This document shows positions 38,258 to 50,600 of a stretch of DNA of 64,000 nt, piece after piece. The notes under the pieces were generated by a model that saw only the letters and a list, made by a program, of their open reading frames with translations, did no database searches and was not told where the DNA came from. Every line of letters starts with the position of its first letter. Positions within the stretch are counted from its first letter, which is position 1. Source of the DNA: Lytechinus pictus (taxonomy: Eukaryota); the NCBI RefSeq assembly GCF_037042905.1, contig NC_087246.1:31248001-31312000 (forward strand), written 5' to 3'. A program made the translations under genes and the position numbers.

Positions 38258-41200
38258 AATAGGGGGCTATTTTTGTCCACTGGCGTAGCTACAGATGTAG
38301 GTTTGGGGACCAAGACCAAAAAAAGGAAATAATTAAGAAAAGGAAATTAAGGAAAAAAGTAAGAGAGGATAAATATTATCTGAATATAATGTCAAAATCT
38401 AAAATTGTTTCTTCCTATGGACTTTTAAAGAAATTTCGTCACACTCAATGTATACACGCAATGTGCCACTCATTTTTTTTTTTACTTATTGCGCCACTGA
38501 TTTGATGTTTCAAATATCATAATGATAGGATGAAGTATATACCCTCTGCACAAGGTTGTTATAAATCTAGGCCTATAGGTCCCTTTTTATTGATTCTGGC
38601 AATTTTTAAAACCTTTTCACTTTACGCCCAATCGAAAAACAAAAGCACTTCAGCGCACTTTGGTTTATGCTACTACAAGTCTAATGTCATCGTTTTTTCA
38701 GTCTTGGGTTTGTTCTTTAGATCAACCTTGCTAACAAATCGTCTTGTGTGAATGTATGTAAAGCTATTTCTCAAATATGAAAGCTAAAATGAATCAATCG
38801 GTTTCTTATGAATTGCATGAAGATCGAGAAAGCGCTTTGGCCTTAGTTTACTAGTGCTCAAAATGGAAGAGAAAAGATATTTTTGGAAAATAATTGGGTA
38901 GGCATATACATCTTTTTGCTAATAGGAAGGTATTGTGGGTCGAATCTGGAAGTAGGCCTCTTAAAACTATTTGAAAAAGAAAATTGGAAAATATGCTCAG
39001 AAGAAAATGGCAATTTTTTTTTTGTTCTTTCAATTTATCATCTCTGACAGCAGAAGACTGTGGGAACATAATGGATGGGGCTGACCCAAAGGGGATGATA
39101 GGTATTTATGTGGGAACTTAATAGGAGCATACCGATTTATTGTTATATATTCGCTGTTTCCTCCAGATAGGACCTATACCTTCTTCAAGTTCTTTCTCCT
39201 ACCGTCTTCCTCCTTTTCACTTGTCACTCACTTCCCGCTCTTCTCTCTCGTCCCCCAGTCTCCCCTCCTCTTTCTCTCTCTCTAATATTCTCTCAGGTTG
39301 TCTCCGCGTCTCCTTTTCTCTAGCATTAGGAACTGAATGGGAAGTTCACCATTACATCCAGTTGGAAGTTATAAAAGCAGTAAATTTAAATGATACTGAG
39401 AAACACATCAATAAAGATCCATCACGGGAAAGCAGAGAATGAGTTTTAAAATCTTTATTTTGTGACATCACATGAGAGCAGGTGAGCTCCCCTATTAAAT
39501 AAATTCCGTAACAGCTAATTTTCTCAGAAATCAAAAATAAAATTGCTTTACCATACATTGTATATTATTATTCCATACATGATTTTGTTTCATAAAAAAT
39601 ATTCCCACTGAAATAGGAAACTTATGGAATTTCATAGTACATTATAAAGACCTATGAATGATCTGCTCATATGTGACATCACAAAAAAAAATATATATAT
39701 ATATCTGTCAAACATTCATTGATGAGTTTATCTTTTTTCTGCTTTTATTAGAGTTATTTAATATCAATGTGGATTCCCACATTCAGTCTCCTATTCAATC
39801 CCAACACTTACAAATTATATCAAAATACCTACCAACTGAGAAAGCCAAGAAGGTGGAGTGAAAGTGAGGACATAGGCTGAATATAGGAACACAATATAGG
39901 GACACTAAAGACTTCCCTATCTGTTACAGGAAGGAGGAATGCAAAATAGGGAGACAGCAGTTGCAGTGGCTCTCTTTCACCGAAATTGGGACTGTCCCAA
40001 TCAAATGGGGACACTTGGCAAGTATGTTATCCCATTACTGCTACTGGGCAATTCCATAAAATAATCAACCTTTTTGTACATCCGACCCCCATTTTTCTCA
40101 ATTTTTACTTCACCTCATACACTGACCAAGTCATGATCATTTGAGAGCAGTACAGACTGTCTAAAGAACAAGAAATCAGAGACAGAACATTTCATAAAGG
40201 TCCCACATATAGGGGGTTGGACATACATATTTTATAGAATTGCCCTACTGTAAATGAATATAATATCATAACACAATATCATACTTCCTTTTCACTTTGT
40301 AATGGAATAGGATACATGAAAATAGGCAAGCTATACAAGTATAAAAGATTAAATTACATGAAAGAAAATTTAATATGGAATAAAATCAATCTATAATTCA
40401 AAATATATTTTGACATGGAATATTTTTACATCACTTATTACATTTTTGCATGAGAATATAATTTTGATGGTTCCGTTCGCATACATGACAACTGGTGAGG
40501 ATGACTCCTCCATAAGTCATATACTAAATTATCATAGATTTGTCACGAGCAAAAAAATATTTTTAAAAGACTGGCTTTATCTTACTATTGCACCTTTCTA
40601 TAGCTTAAACAGACATGAATTTGAAACCACTGTTATCAAGATTTTGAATGGAAGGAGAAATATGTGACTCATTCTCTACATTTTTGTAATATAATTATTC
40701 TATCCCAACTCAGCTACTTATTGCTTAACACATTAATAATTCAATATAAATGGGTTAAAAAAAACCTTTATAAAATACTCTGCTCAGAAGAAGGCAACAA
40801 AATATTGCATAGTTTTGTTCATTTCTCATAATTACTTTTGATAAGCAGATATTTAGCATCCAGTAGGATGCGAAAGATATTGTATGTTTGATTTTGCCAG
40901 CGCCGTAATGAGGCTGCGATGAATGCAAGGAATGCTCCCCAGGGAGTGGAAATTGTGAACTTTTTGTGCGGGATTGAAATGAATCCAATGACCGGGTTAA
41001 TAATATGCTGTAACGCGCTTTGAGCCATTCTGGGAAAAGCGCTTTATAAAAATTGGCTATTATTATTATTATTATTATTATTTCATGCCATAATACAATT
41101 CATATATCATCCTTTCTCAATAATCAAAGTTAGTACATTGCATAGTTGATTGTGATGGTTAATGAACAATGAATTGTTTTCAATAAAATACCCACTATCT

Positions 41201-41612
41201 TATGTGTGGACATATCATGATATACACTTGTACAAGACAAATTCTTTTCTCCCATACTTTAATGGTGAAGTAGGACCATATAATGCCTTTGGAATAACAA
41301 AGTAAGATAGGTACAGATAAATGATACACAATAAAATGGTGAACTAAACGCGATATCAGTACTTTAGAATATGAATAAGTCGGTGGCTCATGCGGATAAT
41401 GCCGATGGGGCTTGTATTGTATCTCAGTATACCACTCGTCTATCGTGATTCAAACAATTTTTTCAACAAGAGCATAACAATTAAAAACAATCAGAGAAGG
41501 ACTGCACAAATGGCTTGCGATCAAAATATGCAATTCAACAATTGAGGGTTATGCAGTCCTGAGTTGGCTCAAGTGTGTGTGAAGTTGATATGAGCTCCTT
41601 TCACATGCCATT

Positions 41613-44600
41613 TTAAAATGCTCGATAGACCCAATGATACCTAGACTCATCCACAGGGAAGATTCCTTCCGAACCTATTATACATGGGAGACGAGGAGAG
41701 AAAAGCAAAATAGAGGGGGGAGACAGAGGTGAAGGGGGGGGGGGGAGAGATGGGGAGGGAGGCAGAGAGTGGAATAGAAGACAGAAGGGGGAAGTGATGG
41801 AGAGAGATGTACACAATAGAGGGAAGTGAAAAATATAGAATGGAGGAAAGAAATGAAAGATGGCGGAAAAATGGGAAGAGAGAATAAAATAGAAAAAATA
41901 GACAGAGGGATGGAGAATACGGGAGAAAAAGAGAGGGGGACAAAGGAAAGGTAAGAAAGGAGAAACAAGTACAGGAGAAAAGGGGGAAGGAGAAAGGAGT
42001 ACAGGAGGGAAAGAAAAGGAAGAAGGGAAAAAGAATACAAATGGGTGAGACAAAAGGGATTAGGAAAGGGAAGAATGAAGAAAGACGGAGAAAGACACAC
42101 ACAAAAAGAAATTAAAAAGAAAATAGAGTGGAGAAACAAATGAGGGGTTGGAAAGAAAGCAGAGAGATGATAGAAAAAGGGGGAAAGAGAGACAGGAGAG
42201 GGGAGAACAGAGAGAAGTTAAGAAAAAAAAAGAATACATAGATAAAGAAAAAAGAATCAGGAAAGAAGGAAAGACAGAAAGGGAAGAAGAGTGAAAGAAG
42301 AAGATGAAAGAATAGAGAGGTGCCAGATAGAGAGGTGAGTGAAGAGGGAAGAAAGAGGAAAACGGATGAGAAAGAAGGAGCAGAGAGAAAACGAAATGAG
42401 AGGTAATGGGGGCAGACAAGCCAAAAAAAAGAAAGGTAAAATGGTAAGAAGAAAAAGGAGAGAGAAGGGGTGACAGATGATGAGAGATGAGTAAAAATGA
42501 AAGAGGAAAAGGGAAAGAGAAGAGTAGGAAAGGAGGATGCAGATATGGAGAACAACAGGAACCAGAAGAGTTAGTATATATCCATATATTTGCTTACAAA
42601 TTTGGGTAAATTTGACATAAATCATAACCAAGATCGATGCTAAAGAATTTCATGTTTCGATAAGTTGACACAAGGACACAGTATAGTGTAGTACACAATG
42701 TTCTACTTCTATTGAGTAGTACATCATTTACATCATAGGTATGAGATGAGCAGATTCCAGATAGTCTTGCCTTTAGAACTGTTATCCATACAAGCAAAAT
42801 TTAGAAATCAGGGGGGTTTTTCACAAAGAGGTGCATGTGACTTCAATAAAGTCACGCTTACTGCTGGCATGCATATGATGTGTTACATGCAATCTTATCG
42901 ATTAATGCGCAGTAAATGCGCTTCCTCTTACAATGATTTTCCTAATCAACTGGACATTTAAAGCAGATACGAACCAATAGCAACATCTCGAGTCCTCAAC
43001 TACTCATACCTGGCCAGTCTCCTGACCCATAATGCTAGTGTAGTCTCGTAATATAGACCCACTTGAATGATAACATGCTAATTAACTACTCAATACATTT
43101 ATACCGCAATAATTATGTTACCAAGTAGCAAAACAATTACTTTTCTGGCTCTCAAAACATTTTAGTTTCTCCATTCAAATACAATTATAGGTCAATTTAT
43201 TCTTTGTAGTATTAGTAGATATCTGAAATATAGTTTAAGACTATGTATTTATAACACACAGTCAATGGGAGACCACACACAGTTCATTTCCCTTTTAAGT
43301 GCGTCTCTAAGTATACTTAACCCTTTGTGAAACACCCCCCTCATCATTTCAATGACATGACAGACATTTAGACCTACATAATATCATAAATCCAATGGCC
43401 CGTATTCTGAAGTCAGGTTTAACTTAAACTCAGGTTTAAAATTGTGATTTAAGTATGGATAGCCAATTGTTACATAAATTACTAACAGTAGAGATATCAT
43501 ATATTTGGCTCTTAAATCATTCATAATTGTCTAGGAAGTATAAATAGATGATTGTCTTCACCATCAAGGAATCAGGAAAGAGCACAGTAAACATCAGAAA
43601 CATAGAACTTCATCAAATTTTTGACACTTTTGGCTTCCCATAATTTTAGCACAGGGTTAAACCATGGTCTAAGGCAAACCTGACTTAAGAATACGGGTCA
43701 ATGAATTCAAAGAGCATGAAATATTCTTTAAAAAGGGGACTGATAAACCTATTATTTACTTACCAGTAGTGGCTAAGGATTGGTGATCATTCTCATCCAC
43801 TGTATATATTGACCAATAGAGACTGTTGGCATTATCATTCATGATGTCATTGATTGAAGTAATATAGTTGCCAAACTGGGTTACTTTAGATTCAAAANNN
43901 NNNNNNNNNNNNNNNNNNNNNNNNNNNNNNNNNNNNNNNNNNNNNNNNNNNNNNNNNNNNNNNNNNNNNNNNNNNNNNNNNNNNNNNNNNNNNNNNNNNN
44001 NNNNNNNNNNNNNNNNNNNNNNNNNNNNNNNNNNNNNNNNNNNNNNNNNNNNNNNNNNNNNNNNNNNNNNACATTGCATCAATGTTGTCCGATATTCAAA
44101 TGTCATTGTCAATTCCATCCTAAAATAAAATAAAAATTTGCTTGAGGATTAAACTGGGGTAAATGGTTATTACTAAAAGCAGTACAGATTCATATACTAC
44201 ATTTAAAGAGATTCCAATAAAGTTGATTTTCTTTATCAACATATTACATATTGTAGCGCATAGGAACATGCAATCTGCTATGTATGATGCGCTATAAAAG
44301 AGCCTAGTATTATCAGCTAGTTGCTGGCTGTTGTGGATATAATCTTATGAATTTATAATGTGGACATTTAGCACTTACAGTTGAGGCCAAAAGTTTACAT
44401 ACACCCTATTCAGTGAAATTTGTTCACTTGCCAAACATCGTTAAATTCACTATCAGAAATATAAATACTACCATGACGAAGTTGGAATCAATGACAGAGT
44501 GTATTAAGCTCTTTCACATAATTGGGACACTGTTGGGATTCAAATATATTTCAGGTAGAATTTTCTTTCAAGAAAAAAAAATAATATTCATGCCAAATGT

Positions 44601-47600
44601 ATTATATTGTTTGTTATTATATTTTCAAACATCAATTCATAGAAATGTATAAATGTCAAATCTATGATTTGTATTACATTTTCTTTCATGATATGTCACC
44701 ACTGAACAAATATTTCTGAAATGTTTGTGTTGAGAAACAACTAGCACAAACATGAAATGTTTTTGTCCAGTTTTTATTTTTAATTTGTCTAAAATATGGA
44801 GATATATGGGGACAAAATGACACCTAAATATTTTCAGCTCCTAATGACAAAGCAATGTGATAAAGGGGCATGACATACTCATTTGTTCGATATCAAATTG
44901 GTCATGATAGCACAAATATTTTATAAGATACAGTAAATTTTATGTTTGGCAAGTGTCAACTTTCCTTTGAATTTCCTGGGTGTATGAAAACTATAAAAAA
45001 CCTGAGTTTGAGGTCATATGACCAAGGTCAAGGTCATTTAGGGTCAATGAACTTAGAACATGTTAGGGGAATCAAAATCTTTACCTCAGGTTAAGTTTTT
45101 GAAATGTCTTCATAACTTGGAAAGTATATGAAACTAGTTCATGAAACTTGGCCATAAGGGTAATCAAATATTACTGCACATCTTGTCTGAATTTCAAGTC
45201 ACATGAATAAGGTCAAAGGTCATTTTGGGGTCAATGAACTTTGGCCAAGTTGGGGGTATTTGTTGAATTACCATTATAACTTAAAAAGTTTATGGATCTG
45301 ATTCATAAAAACTTGGACATAAAAGTAATCAAGTATCACTGAACGTCCTGTGCGAGTTCCAGGTCACACGACGAAGGTCAAAGGTCATTTAAGGTCAGTG
45401 AACTTTGGCCAAGTTGGGGTATTTGTTAAATTACCATCATAACTTTGAAAGTTTATGGATCTAATTCATAAAACTTGGACATAAGAGTAATCAAGTATCA
45501 CTGAACATCCTTCGTGAGTTTCAGGTCACATGACCAAGGTCAAAGGTCAGTAAAATTTGGCCAAGTTGGGGTATTTGTTGAATAACCATCATTACTCTAA
45601 AAGTGTATGGATCTACTTCATAAAACTTGAACTTAAGAGTAATCAAGTATCACTGAAGATCTCATGCCAGTTTCAGGTCACAAAGTCAAAGGTCATTTAA
45701 GGTCAATGAACTTCTGCCATTTTGGAGGTAATTATTAAATTGCCGTCATAACTTTCAAAGTTTACGGATGTAGTTTATGAAATGTGGACATAATGTGAAT
45801 AATTTTTTAATGGTAGTTTTCAAAGCCAGCACTGCTGCTATATTAATTGTGTAATGCAGGTGAGACTGCAAGAGGCACTCCACTTGTTTTAATGGGGTTG
45901 CTGATGTAAATTTGAAGAAAAAAAAAGGTTTTCACTACAAAATGAAGGTCACTTCGGATACATTTTTCCATATTTACACATCTTCCAGAATACCTGGAGG
46001 TGCTGCCTATAATATAATAATACACTCCCCCCCAAAAAAAACGCTTCCCACCAACCTGAAGGAGCCGGCTTGACGAGCGCGTTCCATGGCCCTATAAAGG
46101 TTTTCTCCTGGTAGGATGTCAACAGAGAATGGAGTGAAAGTACTAATGACATTATTACCCTCGCTGTTAAGTAGTTTCTGACTGATGTCAAAGTTAACCC
46201 TGATGGTTTCATCACTCTGTCCAATCAGTGGTATGCTCTGCATTGCATCTGAGAAAATGAGAATGAAATTTTTTTTTTTACTTTAACGAGTCTCGCCTGA
46301 TAGCGATCAATAAAATATGCAATATGATCTTTTGACCCCTCGATGACCTTTGACCTTATCATCCTCATGAACACACACGTGGTATTAACCAACGGTTATT
46401 TGTACCAAGTGTAAGACATTTGATGCAGAAATAAAGAAATGAGAGCAATTTTAACAAAAAATTGACATTCTAACCCCTAGATGGCATTTGACCCCATCAT
46501 CTCCAACACATTTTTGGTACTACACAATGAACAATTGAGCCAAGTGTGATCAAAATTGATGCGGAAATAATGAAATGAGAGCAAGGTAAATTTTTTTTTA
46601 AAGGATGGACATGACCTCATATCATTTGCATTTGACCTTTTGATCCCTAGATGACCTTTGGCCCTATTATCCTCAACAACACACATGTGGTATTATCCAA
46701 GGGTCATTTGGACCAAGTGTGATAAAAATTTATACAAAAATAAGGAAATTAGAGCAAAGTGAACAAAAACCTAAAAAAAGGATGAACACGACCTCATATC
46801 ATTTGATCTTTTGACCCCTAGATAACCCGTGAACCTATTAATCTATTACGCTCACATGTTGTATTACCCAAGGATCATATGTACCAAGTATCAATGTAAT
46901 TGATGCTGAAATTAAGAAATGAGAGCAAGCTGAACAAAAACTTGAAAAGTGATAACTAGGTCTCTGCCGAAATTCGTTCAGGCAAGACAAAATGACTAAA
47001 AAGATTGAGCAAATAGTATTCAGGTCAGGCGCCTCATTAACAGTTCAAATAATACTTCTATTAAGTAACTTTATTCATCTGTATTCAATTGATTGATGCA
47101 TATTTGATCAACATCATCTGGTCTAATTTCCTGATGGGTCTTTTTCGTTCATTCTAAACTTTTTGTTTGAGTCAATGTTTCCTCTTCTCAAACTGGCATT
47201 TGGTCTAATCATCAGAAGGTCTGATGATTATTTGGTGAACCTTAGCCAAATTGATATATACTTACTGCTCACATGCCTACTTGAGTGGAATTTAGACAAA
47301 ATGGAAAGAAGACAAACTAGTTTTAGACAAAAGGAAAATGTAGACTTTGACTATCTGGCAACCCGTAGAGGTTTCCTTTAAGAAGGAATTTCCAAGTTTA
47401 TCTTGATCCTGAATGCTAGCAACTCACGGAATGTATATCAGGAGAGAAATATATTTAGAAAATTGATACCGTTTCCAATGCTGATCCTGAATAAAAGATT
47501 CTAACTGAAGCCTATTGTTACACCCTCTAAGTTGGTAATACAATATAAACAATGAAACCTAACTAACATCAAAATGCATACGGACAATTGTAAATGAAAC

Positions 47601-50600
47601 AATGCTATTTTCGTTCAATTTGAGTTATGTTATATCCACTTATCACTCCTTAGCTTGGCACCAAAAAATTGTTGTCAAGTTGAGGAGAGAAAAAAAGATA
47701 AAGTTAACCTAGGAGAATTTGGGTTCCTCTGCAGGTTAAATTAAACCAAGTGAGAGTGTACTATCTAAACTTTTTTGTTCATATTCCATATTTCATACTT
47801 CTCACAATTATAAGTCTCATACATTGTTCAGCATTCAAGGATGATTTATATCTTCTATGTTTTAAAACATTTTTTTAAAGGGGGTGAAATAACCTTGTAC
47901 TGGACAATCCAGCTGAATATCAGACAAGCTCCCATGGTGACGGTTGCTAAGCAATGGCATGACCTGGATAGTGCTTCCTTGGTTACCAAAGTGACCATCC
48001 TCCATCTGGGCATCAAGGACGTGAGTTAAGGCATCTTCACATCGCCATAGTGATGGTGATTTATGGGCAGCGATTAAAGCCTAGGAAAAGTATCAATTTG
48101 AAACCTATGAACTGAAAAGAATCGTAAGACAGACATCATCAACTCTCAAGGGCGGTCCCCAAAGGTAGGGGGACCAGGGGCTGGAAAATTTGACAAGCAA
48201 AAAAAAAAAGGTTATCACCCAAAATGTAAAGTCATTTAAAAAAAAAAAGGTTATCACCCAATAAGTAAGGTCATCTCGTCCAAAATACATGTTTTATTTC
48301 AATTTCTTTCCATCATAAAAGACCGAAAATAGCAGGGGGGACATTTGATATTGTGTTCCCCCTACTATTTTGGGTAGGGGGGACACGTCCCCCATGGGAT
48401 TTCCGCCCATGTCAACTCTAATATTTGAATATCACTGTATTATGTGCATATGAATGCTTTGTGAAAAATAAGCAAAATATTAAAATGTCATAACTTCCCT
48501 ATTCATTCAAATCAATTCTTTGTTGGGGTGGACTTGGAACTTTAAATACAATAGTTCATTATATGCTTTTAAAAAACGTCCAAGTGCATATTTTGGTGAT
48601 GTCATGCATAATTTGAAGTGTAGCTTTATGAAACAGCTCATAGGGATGACAAGGTTTTTGTGTTTCAACTGATATTGTACATTCTGAAATGGCAAGATCC
48701 CTCTTATCAATTTAATTCGTAAGCATAGGTTTCCAAGTAAGCAATAGTTTTATTGCTCTGGTGCAATGGAGAATCTACAGATCAACATATCTCCCATTTT
48801 ATGTCACATAGTTACAGGGGGCCGTTTCATAAAGCTGTTCGTAAGTTAAGAGCGACTTTAAGAACGACTGGTGAACCTTTCTTACGCGCTAAACCATCGC
48901 CAATGAACATACCGTTTACCACAAGAAAGGATCACCAGTCGTTCTTAAAGTCGCTCTTATCTTACGAACAGCTTTATGAAACACCCACCAGGTCTGCAAT
49001 TTAGGCTTGTTGGGACATGGTGCAACAAGTCAGAGCAACAAAACCCAGCAGCATTTCTATGTACTGCTATCAGGATATTAGAAATTAACAAAAATGTCGC
49101 AGGGGCATTGATTTTTTTGGGATGCAAGACACTAAAGATCAATCAAATTCTTTAAAAAAGTTAATGCAAATGGGCAAATCTGGTGCAAAATAATCTTTCT
49201 AGAGCTACGTAGACAACCCATGTGTCATGACCCCATCAAACATGACCTACGGCATTATTATAAAGTCACTGTATGAAATGAGTATTGATATTATAATTCC
49301 ATTCCTGAATGGAGAGTTTTGCGGCAACACCATGTAGGTTAGTCCTGAAAAGGGCTGTTTGTTTATCTTTCTGGTAATAGTTCTGAAAAAAAACTGTTCT
49401 GGTAATAGTTCTTTTCAGAACTATTACCAGAAAGATAAACCAACAGTCCTTTTCAGGACTAATTAACCTACATGGTGTTACGGCAAAACTCTCTATTCAG
49501 TCTTACCACCACGCAAACCTTCAAAGCTCGCAATTCCATTCCTAATGTCGGGAATCGCCTGAACAAATATGGGCCATTTCTGGTCCTGTAATGCATGTCT
49601 AATGTGTCTGACCATTTGAAAAAGTATGAAGAACGTTGGTAAAATTTGCTACATCATATCTGAACGAGTCTTTAAAAGTGCATACCTGAGCTGCCAATGC
49701 AGTGCTAATACTATTAGTATTATCAGAGTTACTGAACCCGCCATCGGATGTTTGATATCCCATGATGCAGCTGGCACCTTTCTGTAGCATGTTCCTCAGT
49801 GGGAGGAGTCTTTGAGGACGATTGAAGGAACCCTGCATGCAGGCCATAGCCATGACTGCCATAGACGTCACATCTTCATAGTGATATCAAATGTGAGATA
49901 GAAGACAGAAAGAGAGAGAGAGAGAGGGAGGGAGAGAAAGAAAGAGACAGACAGAGAGAGAGAGAAGTGAGAGAAGCATGAAAAAACAGTCATCAAAACG
50001 ATTCAAGATCGAGAGTTGTGACAATGGGCTTGGTGAACTTTGACTTTTACTGCATTATCCCCAAATTCTTATCTGGCCATAAGCCTCATTGGAAGTCAAT
50101 CCCTCAAACAGTGCTTCAAAAATAAAGAGAGATATTTTCTGATATTTCCACTTTTGTAAACAATTCACCAATGCATAGACTATACTTCAAACCCAAGAAC
50201 TCCTCTATTCGGATGCCTAGGCTATATGTATGACTTTGTACCATACCGTAGTGTCCCTTTAGATATCAACAACCAATATTTCATGCAACGAAAAGCTATA
50301 AAAATACCTTAAATAAAAATAAAGATAATTTAATTTTCCTTACCAACACCAAATGGAAAGCATCCATCCTCCTGCTGCATCCCCTCCAGAGTTTCTATGG
50401 CACTGTGTGGCACGTCACTTCCGGTGCTGCATAAGGCAAGCACCGCCAGGGAGTACGGGAAGTAATTTCTGGTTAGACTAGTGTTAAAGTTGTCCACCCG
50501 TTGATGCAGGTGTTTCATGATGTTGTGGCCGTAGAAGTTGGAGGCATTTTGGCAAGTAGCATGTAGTGCCATGGCATAGTAGCCTAGCTTTCCTAGAGAC

